The notes below the pieces were generated by a model, which saw only the letters and a list, made by a program, of their open reading frames with translations, made no database searches and was not told the DNA's origin. Position numbers and translations under genes: made by a program. A stretch of DNA of 42,749 nucleotides from Chiloscyllium plagiosum (lineage: Eukaryota): the NCBI RefSeq assembly GCF_004010195.1, contig NC_057752.1:1867976-1910724 (forward strand), given 5' to 3'. Of this stretch, positions 1 through 10,883 are shown in pieces. The first letter of the stretch is position 1, and the number at the start of each line of letters is the position of its first letter.

Positions 1-970
1 CCTGCCTTCGAGCATCCAACCTAACTCTCCATATTCTCTTTACTCTTTTCCTATCTATGTCATTGGTACTGATGTGTACCATGACTTCTGGCTGCTCTCC
101 TTCCCTCTTAACAATCCTGTGGACTCGATCCAAGACAACCCTGACCCTGGCACCTGGGAGGCAACACACCATCCAGGAGTCTCATTCGCAACCACAGAAA
201 CTCCTGTCTGTCCCTCTCACCATTGAATCTCCCATCACGATTGCTCTCCTATTCTCCCCCCTTCTCTTCTGAGCTACAGAGCCAGGCTCAGTGCCAGAGA
301 CCTGGCTGCTGATCCCTTCCCCCCCCCAACAGTATCCAAAACGATATACCTATTATTGAAGGGAACGGCCACAGGGAGTCCCTGCACTGTCTGCCTATTC
401 TCTTTCCCCCTCCTGACGGTCACCCAGCTCCCTTTATCCTGTAACTTAGGTGTGACTACCTGCCTATAACTCCTCTCTATCACCCCCTCAGCCTCCCAAA
501 TGATCCAAAGTTCATCCAGCTCCAGCTCCAGTTCCCTAACACGGTCTGTGAGGAGCTGGAGTTGGGTGCACTTCTCTCAGGTGAAGTCAGCAGAGACACC
601 AGAGGACCCGTACCTCCCACACCCTGCAAGAGGAGCATGCAACTGTCCTAGCCTCCATCCCCTCTGCTCGAAATTACTGAGAGAGATTGAATAAATGAAA
701 AAAGAAACCTTACCTTACCAACCCCCCACACATGGTCTTTGTTTTGGTTAGAGGACTAGGATGGGTGGGAGATACTATACGTGTAAGTGTTTCGGGTTTA
801 GCCACAGCACGAATATATCAGTTCACATGTCCAGCAATCCCCGTGTCTGTGTCCACTCCTGTTGAACCTTTGCTCCACCTATTCACGAGGTAAGTCCTTT
901 TGGAGGGAAATTTAGCTTGCCGGCAGCCCCCTGGTCCTCGCTCTCACCCCTTCCACTGCTGCTGCAAAAT
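1..970 (-). mobile_element. 5' end of a CR1-type LINE (5'UTR plus degraded ORF1), running off the left edge
   Basis: Minus-strand ATG at 658 begins MEARTVACSSCRVWEV; after a frameshift it reads DFT*EKCTQLQLLTDRVRELELELDEL (CxxC..CxxC zinc finger plus leucine zipper), then RAIVMGDSMVRG...CLPGARV...VMVHISTND (SGNH/GDSL esterase blocks I-III typical of CR1 ORF1). Contains stops and frameshifts; the 5' boundary is approximate. Confidence 0.85.
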
Positions 971-979
971 GGAGGCCAC

Positions 980-1050
980 TGACTCTCACACACACTCTTC
1001 TCTCACACGCACTCTGTCTCCGTCACAGTCTCTTTCACACACATGCACAC
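980..1050. repeat. degenerate (CA/CT) simple repeat
   Basis: ctctcacacacactcttctctcacacgcactctgtctc... seen directly. Confidence 0.7.
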
Positions 1051-1129
1051 TGCTCAAGTGTGGCTGATTGTTCCTCTCCTTCATCCAGCCATCATGCCAC
1101 AGGTCATACAACCCATTGTTCTGGGGAGA

Positions 1130-1508
1130 CAGTGGTTCAGTGGTCAAGGCATTGGACTCCCACTCAAGAGGCTAATGACCTGGGCTGTGGGTTCAAATCC
1201 CATCACCACTGCAGCTGATAGATTTGGGATGTAGTTGAATCAGTCTGGAATTGCAAACTAGTCTCAGAGAATGGTCACTAGGACAGCTATTGTTAAATAC
1301 TGTACAAACCCAACTGGTTCATGAGTGTCCTTCAGAGAAGGAAATCTGCCATCCTTACCTGGTCTGGTCCACACATGACTCCAGACCCATAACAATGTCG
1401 TTGTCTTTGAAGTGGCTGAACATGCCATTCAGTTCAAGGGGCAGTGAGGGATGGGGTGAGAAATATTGGCCTTGCCAGTGATGCCCACCTCCCGTGGAAG
1501 AATAAAGA
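1130..1508 (+). mobile_element. tRNA-derived SINE (family 'B' here, not named)
   Basis: A-box-like GTGGTTCAGTGG and B-box GGGTTCAAATCCC; body ggaaatctgccatccttacctggtctgg...ccagaccca; tail ggccttgccagtgatgcccac..ccc..gaataaa. Homologous to the copies at 2655-3558, 16770-17022 and 32005-32357. Confidence 0.8.
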
Positions 1509-2773
1509 GAAATATTTGGCTGTGTTTCAACACTGTGGCCCCTCTCCAGTCAACTGCTGTACCATCCCGAGCTTCAATTGCTGTGCATTGGATTGGTAAC
1601 CTGCCCTTAAGGAAGATCAATTTGGGGCACTTCTTCAACTTTGAAGACTGCGCACATCTGGGCAGATGAAGCACACACTTGTTTCTTTCTCCTGGGCAAT
1701 TTGTCTCTCCTGGGAGAGATCACAACGTGTGCCCAGAGGCTACCGATTGAGGGTTGGCACAGTGTGGCTGATGGGAGGCTGTTTGGCTCTTACCCCTTGC
1801 TGCTGGCTTGGTGGGAGGATTTACACATCAACACTCAGCCTGTTCGGCCACGTCACAAAACTACTTCCCTTGGCCATCAAGTCGCAGATGAGGCTGGAAC
1901 TTGGACCTTCCTGAGCCAGAAGCGGGGACGCTCTGTACCATGGGGAAACTGAACTGTGTGGTTTGGTTCAAAACAATGACAAAAGCCTTGATCTGAGAGA
2001 CTATGTTGTGAGAAAGTGGTGTAATAGCGCATGGGGTCAGAATATGGAGAGGAAATCAAAAAGTAGGCCGGACGCAACTTCAAGGCACTCCAGCGGGGTT
2101 GAGAGCAGAGGAGTATAGCAGACCAGGGAGGTGGAGCTGGCTACAGAGTAACAGACTGGTACCGATAAGGCTCAGATGTGATTTGTCATGAGGACAGCGT
2201 TTTACGTTTGACTGGAGTTCAATATTGCTCTTTTACAACAACGTCTTAATGCATTCGAGATTCATTCACTCAATTTGACCTGATGAAAACCTGAGATTGC
2301 ACGACTGCCTTGTAACTGAGAGTAAACTCTGTGCCCTCATAACGCACTGATTTATACACTGCACGCTCATCAAACCAAACAGGTTACGCATTAGAATGTG
2401 GGGGTGGGCACACAGCCATCTGGCTCAGTAACATCATCAAATCCAATGTGAAATACAGGCACCCAGCAAGTTTATAACATATTTACGGTTTAAACAAAAA
2501 TCATCTGAGTAGGTGGGCTCAAGTGGAAAACCCATTTCGTTAAGTGCTTTGGAATGAATTGGTGAAAGGAATGATTGAAATCGGCTCTGGTGTACACATT
2601 TGGCTACTGATGGCTTGTTATGAACTTGAATTTGATCGCGATTTAGACTGAAGCATGGTGTTGTCGTGGAACTGCAGTCTGGCCTAAGTAGTTCGGAGGT
2701 TCAGGACGATCAATTTGAGGACACAGATTCAAATCCCACCACGGCCCCTCATGGCAGTTAAATTCAGTTCGTA

Positions 2774-3081
2774 CATAGAATCCCGACAATGTGGAAGCAG
2801 GCCATTCGTGTGGACCCACTGAGTCCACACTGCAAAGCATCCCACCCAGAGCCACATCTCTATCCTATCCCTGGAACCGTGAATTTCCCATGGTTAATCC
2901 ATCTGGCCTGCACATCCCTGGGCACTATGGGTAATTTAGCATAGCCAATCCACACTAACCTGCACATCCCTGGGCACTATGGGACAATTTAGCATGGCCA
3001 ATCCACCCTAACCTGCACATCCCTGGACACTATGGGACAATTTAGCATGGCCAATCCACCTAACCTGCACATCCCTGGACT
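2774..3081 (-). mobile_element. HE1-type SINE 3' portion with an internal ~52-bp tandem repeat
   Basis: CR1-like tail at 2774-2830; unit acctgcacatccctgggcactatgggacaatttagcatggccaatccacccta repeated about 3.5 times; matches the HE1 body of the copies at 26433 and 35962. Confidence 0.75.
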
Positions 3082-3102
3082 GGAATTGAAAGCTGTTCTC
3101 AG

Positions 3103-3289
3103 GGAAAAGTAAAAGTTACTGAAGGGCTGCTCTCTCATTACAGAGTGATGACTGATGGTGAGGTCGACCAGAGGGTCATCATGCCTCAGGCCAAGTTGAC
3201 AAGGTGGGAACTTCAAAGGCAGTTCAACTGGTCTGGGAATTGAACCTGAGCTGGTGGTGTCACTCTGCATTGCCATGAAGCCAAATCAC
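3103..3289 (-). mobile_element. short tRNA-derived SINE (family 'C' here)
   Basis: Reverse strand has caggttcaattccc (B box) and is homologous to 28222-28353 (cctgaggc...gaccct..ggt...accaccagt...taatgagagagca). Flanked by a CTCAG duplication at 3098-3102 and 3290-3294. Confidence 0.6.
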
Positions 3290-3804
3290 CTCAGTGATGG
3301 TGACCATGACAATGATCATCAATTATTCTAAATGCCCATCTGGCTCAATGATGTCTTTTAAGGGAGGGAAATCTGCCATCCTTACCTGGTCTGGCCTACA
3401 CGTGACGGCAGACCCACAGCAATGTGCTTGACTCTTTGCTGCCCTCTTAAAGGGCCAAGTAAGCCACTCAGCTCAAGGGCAACTGAGGACAGACAATAAA
3501 TGTTGACCCAGCCCCAGCCCTAGCCCCAGTAAGTAGTGAGGTAATAAAAAACATTTTCTCTGCCAAGAGTATCACTTCACTGTGACAGGCTGCTTCTCAC
3601 TTCAATGCAATTGCAGCCATTTTGGGCCGGATATCTTTGGACTCAAGTGGGCAAGACTGGAGGCAGGAGCTGGGCACACTTTTACTCTGCCGGCTTCACC
3701 CTGCCACTCTCTTGGAGGTGGGATTATGGGTATTGCCCACGCATGCAGCTACTTAATGATACTTACTAGCCTATGAAAGTGTACTGCAAAAGGTGGGTGA
3801 CAGT

Positions 3805-3890
3805 GGTCTTATGGTGAGGTGGTGTGTCACTACCTCTGAGCCAGGAGGTCAAGCTTCAAATCCCACGTGCTCAATAATTTTGGAAATATC
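3805..3890 (+). mobile_element. degenerate short tRNA-derived SINE (family 'D' here)
   Basis: Similar to 34106-34225 (tggt..agtggt..tgtc.c.acctctg..cc...ttcaa.tcccac.tgctc...gaaatatc). Confidence 0.45.
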
Positions 3891-4188
3891 TATTGTGGGA
3901 GGCAGAGCAAACCTTATAGCCATTTGCCCCCTCCCTGGCCCAGCTCCAGATTGGCAGCTCAGCCCTTGGAGCAGGCTTTGAGGCCTTCCCAGTTTACCTG
4001 GTCATAGTTGCATCCACAGGCTGCCTTGTGGAGGGATTCAGAGACCTGGCTGCTTTTTCCTTTGAGGAAAAACAAATTTGAAACTGGGCACCTCTGTTTG
4101 GAGGGGGCGCCCTTCCTCTTGAAAAGGCTGTTTGTTTTTCAGTTTTGGAGGCCTCCCTCAGGCTCGAGACCCTGCATGCCATCAACAA

Positions 4189-4389
4189 TTAAGGGAGGGA
4201 AATCTGCCATCCTTACCTGGTCTGGCCTACACGTGATGGCAGACCGACAGCAATGTGCTTGACTCTCTGCTGCCCTCTGAAAGGGCCAAGTAAGCCACTC
4301 AGCTCAAGGGCAACTGAGGACAGACAATAAATGTTGACCCAGCCCCAGCCCTAGCCCCAGTAAGTAGTGAGGTAATAAAAAACATTTTC
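4189..4389 (+). repeat. 201-bp local direct duplicate of 3358-3558
   Basis: Near-identical (4 substitutions by my count), including the private segment gccccagccctagccccagtaagtagtgaggtaataaaaaacattttc. Confidence 0.9.
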
Positions 4390-5214
4390 AATAATCATCA
4401 AATCATTGCAATCCAGAGCACTTGGTCATTTGGGCTTCTGACCCCTATTTGACCCTGACATTTAAAGTCCTGAAACTCATGAGGGGAATCATGCCGTGTC
4501 TGTTCTTACCCTGAAGAAGGATTTATTTTCGGGTTCAATGGTGGGTAAATCGCACAACCTTGCTAGTCTTCGCTCTCTGCACTGCATGTGGTAACATCTT
4601 AAATTGACAAAGAATGTGTTTATGATTCTGCTCATTGAGGAACTTGACTCTCCAGCATGTGCCTGTGGGAAATCTTCCCACAGGTGAAGAGGGCGTCACT
4701 ACTGAATCCTAACCTATGCATATTTTCCAATAGAGGTCAGCAAGAACAAGAAATCTGACTATTTTCCCTCATCATAAGGGGAAGATACACAGAGACAATC
4801 TGCAGCATACCACCAGCACCATACCTCAAATGAGTGAACACAGCAATGGCCCAATGCTGTAGGGGTGGGCGAAGGGGGAGCTAAAGGTGGCGAGGGGATG
4901 TGGGAACATAAGCCATCGACCACTCCCCTCCCCGATTCCCCCTGCATGGCCAACTGAAAAGTCCAGTCGTCATGGGGACCCTTTATACTCAGCTGTCCAC
5001 TGCTTCCTGTTGGGCAACCCATCTGTGCGCTGAGTTACTGTCATTGAAGGTGGGGGTCAGTGTCCAGATCATGCCAGTGGACCGGCACAGACGTGCCGAG
5101 CCACACAACCTCCACTCCCCTAACCCCAAACCCTACTCATTTCAAAACCTCAACCCCAGCACAGAGCCAAAGAAGCCTCGCCAAAGGAGATGTGTTGCTG
5201 ATGTGAAACATCAA

Positions 5215-5370
5215 AGATAAGAGCAGGAGTAGGCCATTCGGCCCTTCGAGCCTGCTCCCTCATCCAATCTGATCATGGCTGACCATCCAACTCAGTCCCC
5301 CGTTCCCGCTTTCTCCCCCAAACTCTTTGCTCCCTTCAGACCTAGGAACTATACCGAACTCCTTAGTGAA
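5215..5370 (-). mobile_element. CR1 LINE 3' end fragment
   Basis: gagcaggagtaggccattcggcccttcgagcctgctc...gatcatggctga is the reverse complement of the CR1 3'UTR hairpin region. Confidence 0.8.
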
Positions 5371-5692
5371 ACTTGAACTGTGGCATTAAACCATGTTTCC
5401 GATCACTTGCTCCGGTGAACAAGATTCCCAAGGGATTTTTCAGAGAAAAGCAGAGGGGTATAGAAACAAACCTCAAGACAGTGCAATGAACGCTTCTGGA
5501 TCTGTCTCCTGTGGTGGCTCACCATGAGCTGTTTCATCTCAGTTGTCACTACTGCCTCAAACCATTCATTTTTCAGAGCTGCTTAAAATGTTTTGACACC
5601 CCGATAGGGAGCTGCATCAATGAAAGCACTTTTAAAAATGGTGATTACATTTGATTCATTCGAATCTCGTCCAGTTTAGTCTGCCTAACATC

Positions 5693-6060
5693 AGAACATC
5701 GGCCACTCAGCCCTTTAAGTCTGTTCCCCCATCAATGAGATCATGGCCGATCTGTGGTCGACCTTCATGAGTCTTTGGCCCATATCCCTTATACTTTTGG
5801 TTTAACAAAAAGTTGCCGATCTCAGATGTAACATGAACACTGATCCAGCATCCACTGCCATTTATGGAAGAGAGTTCCAAACCCCTCCCACCTTTTGTGT
5901 GTAGAAATGTTTCCGAACATCTCTCCTGAAGGGTCTGGCCCTCATTCTCAGACTATGGCCCGTAGTTCTGGAATCCTCAACTAATGGAAAGAGTTTATCT
6001 TTATCTACTCTGCCTTTTCCTGTTAATATCTCAAAGACTTTGATCAGATCACCCCTGAAA
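5693..6060 (-). mobile_element. CR1 LINE 3' fragment (ORF2 C-terminus plus 3'UTR)
   Basis: ggccactcagcc...gatcatggccga tail; reverse strand reads ...GHSLRMRARPFRRDVRKHFYTQKVGGVWNSLP, the CR1 ORF2 C-terminus. Confidence 0.8.
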
Positions 6061-6063
6061 GAC

Positions 6064-6166
6064 CTGTATGTCCTTTTTTGCTGTGATCTCTTTGTACTAC
6101 TCGCAGGACAAAGCTTTTCACTGAACTTAGGTACATGTGCCTACACTAACTCAAAATCAAAATCAA
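6064..6166 (+). mobile_element. LINE 3' tail fragment, possibly Rex1/Babar-like
   Basis: caaagcttttcactg...ggtacatgtg...followed by a (TCAAAA) microsatellite-like tail; interrupts the CR1 fragment. Family assignment is from memory only. Confidence 0.35.
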
Positions 6167-6484
6167 GTAGAGAAACCAGATTAAAAATGCATTTATTATT
6201 AGACACAAGGAACTCGCTTGTTTAGATAAGGGAATAATTTGAAAAGGTGATCAAGTAATGATTTCATTCTCACATCGTGTTTTATTGGGCTCTGGGCCCC
6301 AATCTTTGGCAGCCTGTGGTTTGGGTAATTTGGAAAATCCTCCTTTCTATTCTCCGAAACGAACAAATTTCTGTTAAACAGCCTCTGATGGGATACCTTA
6401 ACTGAAACGTAAATAAATGGAAGCTTACATAATAAAAGGGAGCTGATTAAATCAAAATAGCGTTGTCTGGGATGATGATGCCCA

Positions 6485-7313
6485 ATAGAACATAGAACAT
6501 AGAACATAGAACAATACAGCACACAACAGGCCCTTCGGCCCACGATGTTGTGCTGAACATTTGTCCTAGCTTAAGCACCTATCCATGTACCTATCCAATT
6601 GCCACTTAAAGGTCGCCAATGATTCTGACTCTGCCACTCCCACAGGCAGCGCATTCCATGCCCCCACCACTCTCTGGGTAAAGAACCCACCCCTGACATC
6701 TCCCCTATACCTTCCACCCTTCACCTTAAATTTATGTCCCCTTGTAACACTCTGTTGTACCCGGGGAAAAAGTTTCTGACTGTCTACTCTACCTATTCCT
6801 CTGATCATCTTATAAACCTCGATCAAGTCACCCCTCATCCTTCGCCGTTCCAACGAGAAAAGGCCGAGAACTCTCAACCTATCCTCGTACGACTTCCTCT
6901 CCATTCCAGGCAACATCCTGGTAAATCTTCTCTAACATCACTTCATGACTCTTGAATTCAATCCCTCTGCTAATGAACGCTGATACACCATAGGCCTTCT
7001 TACAAGCTGTCCACCTGAGTGGCAACTTTCAAAGATCTATGAACATAGACTCCAAGATCCCTCTGCTCCTCCACCTTACTAAGAACCCTACCGTTAACCC
7101 TGTATTCCGCATTCTTATTTGTCCTTCCAAAATGGACAACCTCACACTTGACAGGGTTGAACTCCATCTGCCACTCCTCAGCCCAGCTCTGCATCATATC
7201 TAAGTCCCTTTGCAGCCGACAACAGCCCTCCTCACTATCCACAACTCCACCAATCTTCGTATCGTCTGCAAATTTATTGACCCACCCTTCGACTCCCTCT
7301 TCCAAGTCATTAA
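6485..7313 (-). mobile_element. 5'-truncated CR1 LINE (RT C-half), relatively young
   Basis: ORFs 7000-7305 (KFADDTKIGGVVDSEEG..LQRDLD..WAEEWQMEFNPVKC) and 6566-6916 (SLERRRMRGDLIEVYK...FFTQRVVGAWNALP); (TTCTATG)n tail at 6485-6512. Confidence 0.95.
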
Positions 7314-8490
7314 TAATCTAACTTTCTGTGCCATGTCTAAAGGCCTGTCCACTTTCAGTGGTAGACAATAGACCACTTGGGAGTCTTAATAAAAGGAGGC
7401 ACTTGTCTTACATAGTAAGTTATGATTTATTGCTTGATAGCGATAGGTAAAATTAATATTACCTGGTTAGCTATAACTGGAACCACAAGGAGTAAGGCAT
7501 ATCACATCTGTCTCCATTGGGACCTTGGACAAGACTAACTCTTTCTCCATCCAAAGGCAATATGACATTATCAGATTGGATGCAGCTAATGCAACTTCAA
7601 CGTTCCCTCTTTCAGAAGCATGACCTCACACACTGCATTAAGTCAGATTAATTACATAAAAACTCAGAACAGGAATAAGAGAACAGGAAGATGGCCAGAC
7701 TTCCAGGCTCCCTTTGCTATTCAATCTGATCATGGCTGATCCTGTATCTCAACACCATGTTCCCACTTTCTCTCCATATTCCTTGATGTCTTTAAAATCT
7801 AAAAAATGTATCTCTTTCTTTCTTGAATATATTCAGTGACTTGGCCTCCACAGGTTTGTGTGGGAGAGAATTCCATGAGGTGAAAACCCTCTGAGTGAAG
7901 AAATGTTTCCTCACCTCCGTCCTAAAGGGCTATACTGTTTCCTGACACTGTGACCCTGGTTCTAGACTCCCTAAGGAGGAGAAACATCCTCATTCCATCT
8001 GGTCTTTCCAGACTCTGTTAGAATTTTACACATTTCAATCAGAGCGGTACCAGCCTAGTGGTTCTCCAATGCACTCCCTTTATGGCAAGGATATCCTTTC
8101 GTAGGTAGGGAGCCCCAAACTAATGACCCATGTGTAGTCTCACTAAGGCCCTGCATAACTGCAGTAAGACATCCTTACATCTGAACTCAAATCCTCTTGT
8201 GATGAAGGCCAATATACTATTTACATTTTTAATTGCTGACTGCAGCTGCCTTTCTATTTTAATTGTCTGCTGTACAAGGGCACCCAGATCTCTCTGTACA
8301 CCCACACTTCCCAGTAGATCACCGTTTAAATAATACTGTGGCTTTCTGTTTTTCACACTGATGTGTATAACTTCCCATCTCACCATGTTGTGTTGTACCT
8401 GCCAGGAGTTTGCCCCATCACTCAACTTGAAGCCTCCTTGCCTCCTCTTCACAATCCCACCCCATTTTGTGCCAACAAACTTGGAAATGT

Positions 8491-9178
8491 AACAACGGAT
8501 ACCCCATCAGCTTCATCCGCTGATACCTTTCCAACAGACAACGCCAAGAAGATAACTGTACCTACCAACACACTGGTCACTCTACTGTACGTGAAGAACA
8601 TATCAGAATTAACTACCAGGCTGCAATGACCACTGGGTGTTATGGTTCACACACCAACCAACCGCCACACCACGCCAACTACTTACCAGGACAAATGACC
8701 CCATACCCACAACATGTAGGACCAACGTGGTATACAAAACCCCTTGCAATGACTGCAACAAGCACTACATCGAACAAACAGGAAGGAAACTAGCCATCCG
8801 CCTTCACGAACACCAACTGGCAACTAAACGACATGATCCACTCTCCCTCATCTCCGTACACACAGACCAGGAGGGCCATCAATTCGACTATGACAAAGTT
8901 ACCACTCTTGGACAAGCCAACCAGAGACACGCAAGAGAGTTCTTTGAAGCCTGGTGTTGCAACCAAAAAGGCCATCGACAAACACAGAGGTAGACCCGGT
9001 GTACAAACCGCTGCAGAGAAGACCTGGAAGTGACACTCCCCTCAACAGACCAGACCCACATAAAAACCAAATAGGACAGAACAACAGCGCCTTGCAGAAG
9101 TCACACTGACGATGTTACCCAGCACAGTAACAAAACGTCTGCATGGAAACCCAGCAGCTCAGTGAGCTAACCAACTCC
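8491..9178 (+). mobile_element. Penelope-like retroelement 3' fragment (GIY-YIG endonuclease plus pseudo-LTR with hammerhead motif)
   Basis: ORF 8637-8993 NVVYKTPCNDCNKHYIEQTGRKLAIRLHEH...AREFFEAW is a PLE GIY-YIG domain; upstream NNGYP motif; flanked by an 11-bp TSD CTTGGAAATGT (8480-8490, 9179-9189). Confidence 0.9.
9103..9142 (+). ncRNA. degenerate minimal hammerhead ribozyme motif in the Penelope pLTR
   Basis: CTGACGA (9106-9112), T, stem GTTAC/GTAAC, AAAA (GAAA with G>A), CGTC. Confidence 0.6.
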
Positions 9179-9485
9179 CTTGGAAATGTTGCGTTTAGGT
9201 CCCTCATCCAGGTCATTGAGATGTGTTGTGAGTAGCTGGGACCCTGCAGTACCTCACTAGTCAGCCAGAAAAAGACCCATTTATCTCCACTCTCTGTTTC
9301 CTGTCTGCCAGCCAATTCTCAATCCATGCCAATGTATTACCTCCCCCATCCTGCATGCTTTAAATTTGCCCCCTACCCTCTTGTGCAGGACCTTATCAAA
9401 AACCTTCTTGAAATCCCAATGCAGTACAACCACCGGTTCTGTCTTTTATTTCCTACATTTACATCCTCAAAAAAATCCAGAAGAG

Positions 9486-10376
9486 AGGTGTCATGTACAG
9501 CGATAGGGGTTACCTCAGATGACAATGGGATCTTGATCAGATGGACCAATGGGCTGAGGAGTGGCAGATGGAGTTTAATTTAGATATATGTGAGGTGCTG
9601 CATTTTGGGAAAGTAAATCTTAGCAGGACTTATACACTTAGTGGTAAGGTCCGAGGGAGTGTTGCTGAACAAAGAGACCTTGGAGTGCAGGTTCATAGCT
9701 CCTTGAAAGTGGAGTCGCAGGTAGATAGGATGGTGAAGAAGGCGTTTGGTATACTTTCCTTTATTGCTAAGAGTATTGAATATAGGAGTTGGGGACATCA
9801 TGTTGTGTCTGTACAGGACATTGGTTTGGCCACTTTTGGAATATTACATTCAATCCTGTTCTCCCTGCTACAAGAAGGATGTTGTAAAATTTGAAATGGT
9901 GCAGAAATGGTTAACAAGGATGTTGCCAGGGTTGGAGGATTTGAGCTTTAGGGAGAGGCTGAACAGGCTGGGGCTGTTTTCCCTGGAGTGTCGGAGGCTG
10001 AGGGGTGACCTTATAGAGGCTTATAATATCATGAGGGGCATGGATAGGATAAATAGACAAGGTCTTTTCCCTGGGATGGAGGAGCCCAGAACTAGAGGGC
10101 ATAGGTTTAGGGTGAGGGGGGAAATTTTTAAAAGGGACCTGAGGGGCAACTTTTTCACACAGAGGGTGGTGTGTGTATGGAATGAGCTGCCAGAGGAAGC
10201 TGGTACAATGACAACATTTAATTGGCATCTGGATGGGTATATGAATAGGAAGGGTTTGGAAGGATATGGGCCAAATGCTGGCAAATGGGATTACATCAAT
10301 TTGGGATATCTGGTCAGCATGGACGAGTTGGACTGAAGGGTCTGTTTCCATGCTGTACATCTCTATGACCCTGTGA
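9486..10376 (+). mobile_element. young 5'-truncated CR1 LINE
   Basis: ORFs 9541-9894 and 9746-10336 (QWAEEWQMEFN; LYRTLVWPLLEY; SLECRRLRGDLIEAY; FFTQRVVCVWNELP); tail ctctatgaccctgtgact. Confidence 0.95.
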
Positions 10377-10772
10377 CTGGTTATGGGTGATTTTCCTTTC
10401 ATAAACCCATGCTGACATTTTCTAATCCTATTAATGTTTTCCAAATGTTATGTTACCACATCTTTGCTAATCGACTCTAGCATTTTCCCCGCTACTACAT
10501 TGGGCTGACTGGATTATAATTTCTCTTCTCTTCTCCTTGTCTTTTTAAATAATGGGGCTACATTTGCCAATCTGTAGGCATTGCTCCAGAGTCTATCGTA
10601 TTGTGGAAGATCACCAGCAACCTATCCAATGTTTCCAGCTCCATTTTCTTTAGTACCCTGAGATGTAGATTATCAGCTCCTGGCGATTTGTCAGCCTTTA
10701 ACCCCATGAATTTCCCCAGCACCATTCTCATTGTGATACTGATTTCCTTCAATTCTTCTCTCTCTCATTACC

Positions 10773-10883
10773 CTTCGCTCCAAAAGCTCGCGATTTCAAA
10801 TAAACCTATTGGACTATAACCTGGTGTCTGTCATGTGACTTCTGACTTTGTCCACCTCAGTCCAACACTGGCATCTCCACATT
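10773..10883 (+). mobile_element. Penelope-type pseudo-LTR fragment
   Basis: gctccaaaagctcg..tttcaaataaacct.ttggactataacctggtgt...gtccaacactggcatctccacat is unrelated to the surrounding CR1 and starts with what resembles the 3' half of a hammerhead core. Confidence 0.5.

Larger units (their letters stand above)
2655..3558 (+). mobile_element. SINE family B copy interrupted by two other SINE insertions
   Basis: Head at about 2655-2770 (agattcaaatcccaccacggc), resumes at 3081 (ggaattgaaagctg..ctcag) and again at 3290-3558 (ctcagtgatggtgaccatgac...ggaaatctgccatcc...caataaatg). Confidence 0.7.

Noticed and set aside
2280..2350. C/D-box snoRNA or hammerhead (CTGATGA...CTGA)
   Set aside because: No terminal stem, no recognisable rRNA antisense element, and no hairpin plus GAAA for a hammerhead.
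2885..3081. CRISPR-like repeat array
   Set aside because: The units are head-to-tail with no unique spacers and derive from the HE1 SINE; the context is vertebrate.
9911..10444. 177-aa minus-strand ORF and similar ORFs (13210, 13454, 31197, 31476)
   Set aside because: Antisense shadow frames of young CR1 ORF2 copies.
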